A stretch of DNA of 64,000 bases from Porticoccaceae bacterium (GTDB lineage Bacteria; Pseudomonadota; Gammaproteobacteria; Pseudomonadales; Porticoccaceae): the NCBI GenBank assembly GCA_029252555.1, contig JAQXBF010000005.1:114460-178459 (forward strand), written 5' to 3'. Of the stretch, positions 60,975 through 64,000 are shown in pieces (positions within the stretch are counted from its first letter, which is position 1; each line of letters starts with the position of its first letter). The notes under the pieces were generated by a model, which had not been told where the DNA came from, did not search any database, and saw only the letters and a program-made list of their open reading frames with translations. Made by a program: the position numbers and the translations under genes.

Positions 60975-61748
60975 ATGAAATTAATGATTAAAGCAGTTTT
61001 ATTTGCGTCAACTTTCTTGCTGACCGCCACTCAGGTCAGCGCCGAGCGAAACCCAGACAATGCAGCGCGAGACCAATACCGCCATCCGATTGAAACGCTG
61101 GATTTTTTCACTGTCAGTGAAAATATGACTGTGGTTGAAATTAGCCCCGGGGGCGGCTGGTATACAGAAGTATTAGCAGACCGAATCAATGGTACGATAT
61201 ATGCGGCCCATGCTAACCCAGAGACTAAAAGCGAATACTACCTTCGCTCCTTGAGTAATTACAAAAAAATGCTGGCTGCCAGCCCTGAACTATATGGCAA
61301 TGTTGAGATGAGTATCTTTGATGCAAATGCTCAGCTGCTTTCCACGCCAGACGAAATTGCCGATGCGGTGCTGACCTTTAGAAATGTCCATAACTGGATG
61401 AAATCAAAAAATGATGCTGCGGCATTTGGTTTGTTTTTCAAAACACTTAAGCCAGGCGGGGTTCTGGGGGTGGTTGAACATCGCGCTAAACCTGGAACTG
61501 ATCGCGATAGCATGATTAAGAGTGGCTATGTCACCCAGGATTATGTAACTGAGATTGCTGAGCGCGCTGGGTTTGTATTAGAGGCCTCTTCAGAGGTTAA
61601 CGCCAACCCAGCGGATACTGCCAACCACCCCAAAGGTGTGTGGACCCTATTGCCAAATCTGGCTATGGGCGATGAGGATCGAGATAGCTACAAGGCGATA
61701 GGTGAAAGTGATCGCATGACATTGCGCTTTAGGAAGCCTGCCCAGTGA
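60975..61748 (+). CDS. Predicted class I SAM-dependent methyltransferase with signal peptide
   Basis: N-terminal signal (…QVSA), RDQYRHPIETL, VVEISPGGGWYT, LTFRNVHNW, LKPGGVLGVVEHR, GESDRMTLRF. Confidence 0.85.
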   Translation: MKLMIKAVLFASTFLLTATQVSAERNPDNAARDQYRHPIETLDFFTVSENMTVVEISPGGGWYTEVLADRINGTIYAAHANPETKSEYYLRSLSNYKKMLAASPELYGNVEMSIFDANAQLLSTPDEIADAVLTFRNVHNWMKSKNDAAAFGLFFKTLKPGGVLGVVEHRAKPGTDRDSMIKSGYVTQDYVTEIAERAGFVLEASSEVNANPADTANHPKGVWTLLPNLAMGDEDRDSYKAIGESDRMTLRFRKPAQ

Positions 61749-62071
61749 TTGAAATTCCGGCCAACAGGCTTAGCGCTGAGATTTTAACCGCTATTATCGA
61801 GGAATTTATCCTTCGCGAAGGCACAGATTATGGTGCTCAAGAGGCGGGTATGGATAATAAGATTGCTCAGGTGCATCGACAATTGGCTCGGGGAGATGTG
61901 TTGATTACCTTCGACCCGGCGACAGAAAATTGCACCCTGTTGACCAAGCATCAATTTCAGCGCTACAGCATGGGGGGTGCCCAGCAGGGCAGTGACGAGA
62001 AACTAAGCTCTCAGAGTAGTGCAGCTGCCTATGAAGATTACTCCCAAGACACAGGCAATAACCTTGACTAA
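61745..62071 (+). CDS. YheU (UPF0270) family protein
   Basis: IIEEFILREGTDYG, QLARGDVLITFD. Confidence 0.88.
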   Translation: MIEIPANRLSAEILTAIIEEFILREGTDYGAQEAGMDNKIAQVHRQLARGDVLITFDPATENCTLLTKHQFQRYSMGGAQQGSDEKLSSQSSAAAYEDYSQDTGNNLD

Positions 62072-62075
62072 CGCC

Positions 62076-63419
62076 ATGTTGACCAATGGCAACCTGCAGG
62101 CTAGTTCATTGTTTGCTGCCTGGCAGCAACAGCTCAATTCTGCGCCACAAATATTAGTGGCTCTGAGTGGCGGGCTGGATTCTACCGTCCTGTTACATTT
62201 ATTGCTGGCTGCATTGCCTGCTGAGCGGCTCTATGCTGTGCATATCAACCACGGGCTTTCCAAGAATGCTGACTATTGGCAGTCTGCGGTTGAGGGGTAC
62301 TGCCAGTCGCTGGGGGTGCGTTTGCATAGTGAAACAGTTGAGGTTGTTGCCAGCGGGGAGGGTATTGAAGCTGCCGCCCGCAGTGCCAGATACAGCCTGT
62401 TCGAGGAGCTATTGCAAAAAGACGGATTACTCCTGCTGGGCCATCATGCTGACGATCAGGTAGAGACAATGCTCTATCGTTTGCTGCGGGGCTCTGGTGC
62501 TAAAGGTTTGGCTGGTATGCCTGCGCAAAGAGCATTGGGTCAAGGTCAGCTTATCAGGCCATTGTTAGCTGCCAGCAGGGCGGAGCTTGAGGCCTATGCT
62601 CAGGCTCAGGATTTGGTCTGGGTCGAAGACGAGAGTAATGCCGAAGACAAATTTGATCGCAACTTTTTACGCAATCAAGTATTGCCTGTTATGGCTCAGC
62701 GCTGGCCAGATTATCGGCAATCTTTACAGCTATCGTCAGATCAGAGTAAAGAAGCAGACCAGTTAGCTGAGTCTCTCGCAGGGGAAGATATGGCTCAGCT
62801 AGACTGCCGAGAAGAGCGAGCGGGCTGGTCAATCTGCATTGAGAATTTCATGCAGTTTAGTGATTTGCGCCAGCGCAATATTCTTCGGCACTGGCCCGGT
62901 CTCCATGGCATGGCAGCACCCAATAAAAAAATAATCACTGAGATAAATGATTGCGTTATTGGGGTTCGCGAAGACGCTCAGCCTGTGGTGGCTTGGCAGG
63001 CAATGCAGTGGCGACGCTTTCAAGGGCGCCTGTATCTGTTGCGTTCCAATATCTGTGATTTTGCCCCAGAGCAGCGATATCAGTGGTCTATGGAACAAAT
63101 ATTACAGTTGGCCGACAACAGCCATATCGCTGTCTATGAAGTAATGGGTGAGGGCCTGGCTTTAAAGGCAGGTCAGTCAGTGACTCTGTGTTATCGACAA
63201 GGTGGCGAACGTTGCAAGCCAGTGGGTCGCTGCCATTCTAATAGCCTTAAAAAGTTGTTTTTAGAATATGGCATTGAACCCTGGTGGCGAGACAGAATGC
63301 CATTGCTATACGTGGATGAAACTCTCGTGGCTGTAGGCGATTGCTGGGTTTGTGATGGCTGGCAGGCGCAGCAGGGTCAGAGTGGTAAAAAAATTCGCTG
63401 GCAGGCTAACTCTTTGTAG
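62076..63419 (+). CDS. tilS: tRNA(Ile)-lysidine synthetase
   Basis: VALSGGLDSTVLL, HINHG, EAAARSARY, HHADDQVET, RPLL, DRNFLR; ATG at 62076 preferred. Confidence 0.97.
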   Translation: MLTNGNLQASSLFAAWQQQLNSAPQILVALSGGLDSTVLLHLLLAALPAERLYAVHINHGLSKNADYWQSAVEGYCQSLGVRLHSETVEVVASGEGIEAAARSARYSLFEELLQKDGLLLLGHHADDQVETMLYRLLRGSGAKGLAGMPAQRALGQGQLIRPLLAASRAELEAYAQAQDLVWVEDESNAEDKFDRNFLRNQVLPVMAQRWPDYRQSLQLSSDQSKEADQLAESLAGEDMAQLDCREERAGWSICIENFMQFSDLRQRNILRHWPGLHGMAAPNKKIITEINDCVIGVREDAQPVVAWQAMQWRRFQGRLYLLRSNICDFAPEQRYQWSMEQILQLADNSHIAVYEVMGEGLALKAGQSVTLCYRQGGERCKPVGRCHSNSLKKLFLEYGIEPWWRDRMPLLYVDETLVAVGDCWVCDGWQAQQGQSGKKIRWQANSL

Positions 63420-63470
63420 ATGTTTGTAGAATACCGACCTCCTTTCTGGTAGCCTGCTACCCCATCTTGA

Positions 63471-64000
<530 letters not shown>

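Overview
Mostly core-genome DNA of a gammaproteobacterium (inferred from gene order and protein style to be Cellvibrionales, possibly SAR92/Porticoccaceae-like). It carries metY-rimP-nusA-infB-rbfA-truB-rpsO-pnp, recN/grpE-dnaK-dnaJ-dapB-carAB-greA, argDF, ffh-rpsP-rimM-trmD-rplS, rnr, lysA-dapF, argH, hemCDXY, tilS and the 5' part of pyrG. I found no prophage, IS or CRISPR. Non-routine content: (1) a Fur-boxed, probably iron-acquisition locus at 27-36 kb, with a lone FTR1 permease, grxD, a four-gene operon (DUF4856-like lipoprotein with TSP3 repeats, imelysin-like lipoprotein, TonB-dependent receptor, membrane di-iron hydroxylase-family protein) and an OxyR-boxed peroxiredoxin; (2) an unannotated ~300-nt GGA-hairpin region before rnr that looks like a CsrB/Rsm-type sRNA and sits directly behind a decayed BarA/GacS-like REC-HPt remnant; (3) four accessory or signalling genes broken by in-frame nonsense codons while housekeeping genes are intact; (4) candidate attenuators before carA and argD, a heptamer tandem repeat before hemX, and a stand-alone MnmC oxidase domain coupled to a flavodoxin gene. 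All family assignments are by motif recognition; no database search was run.
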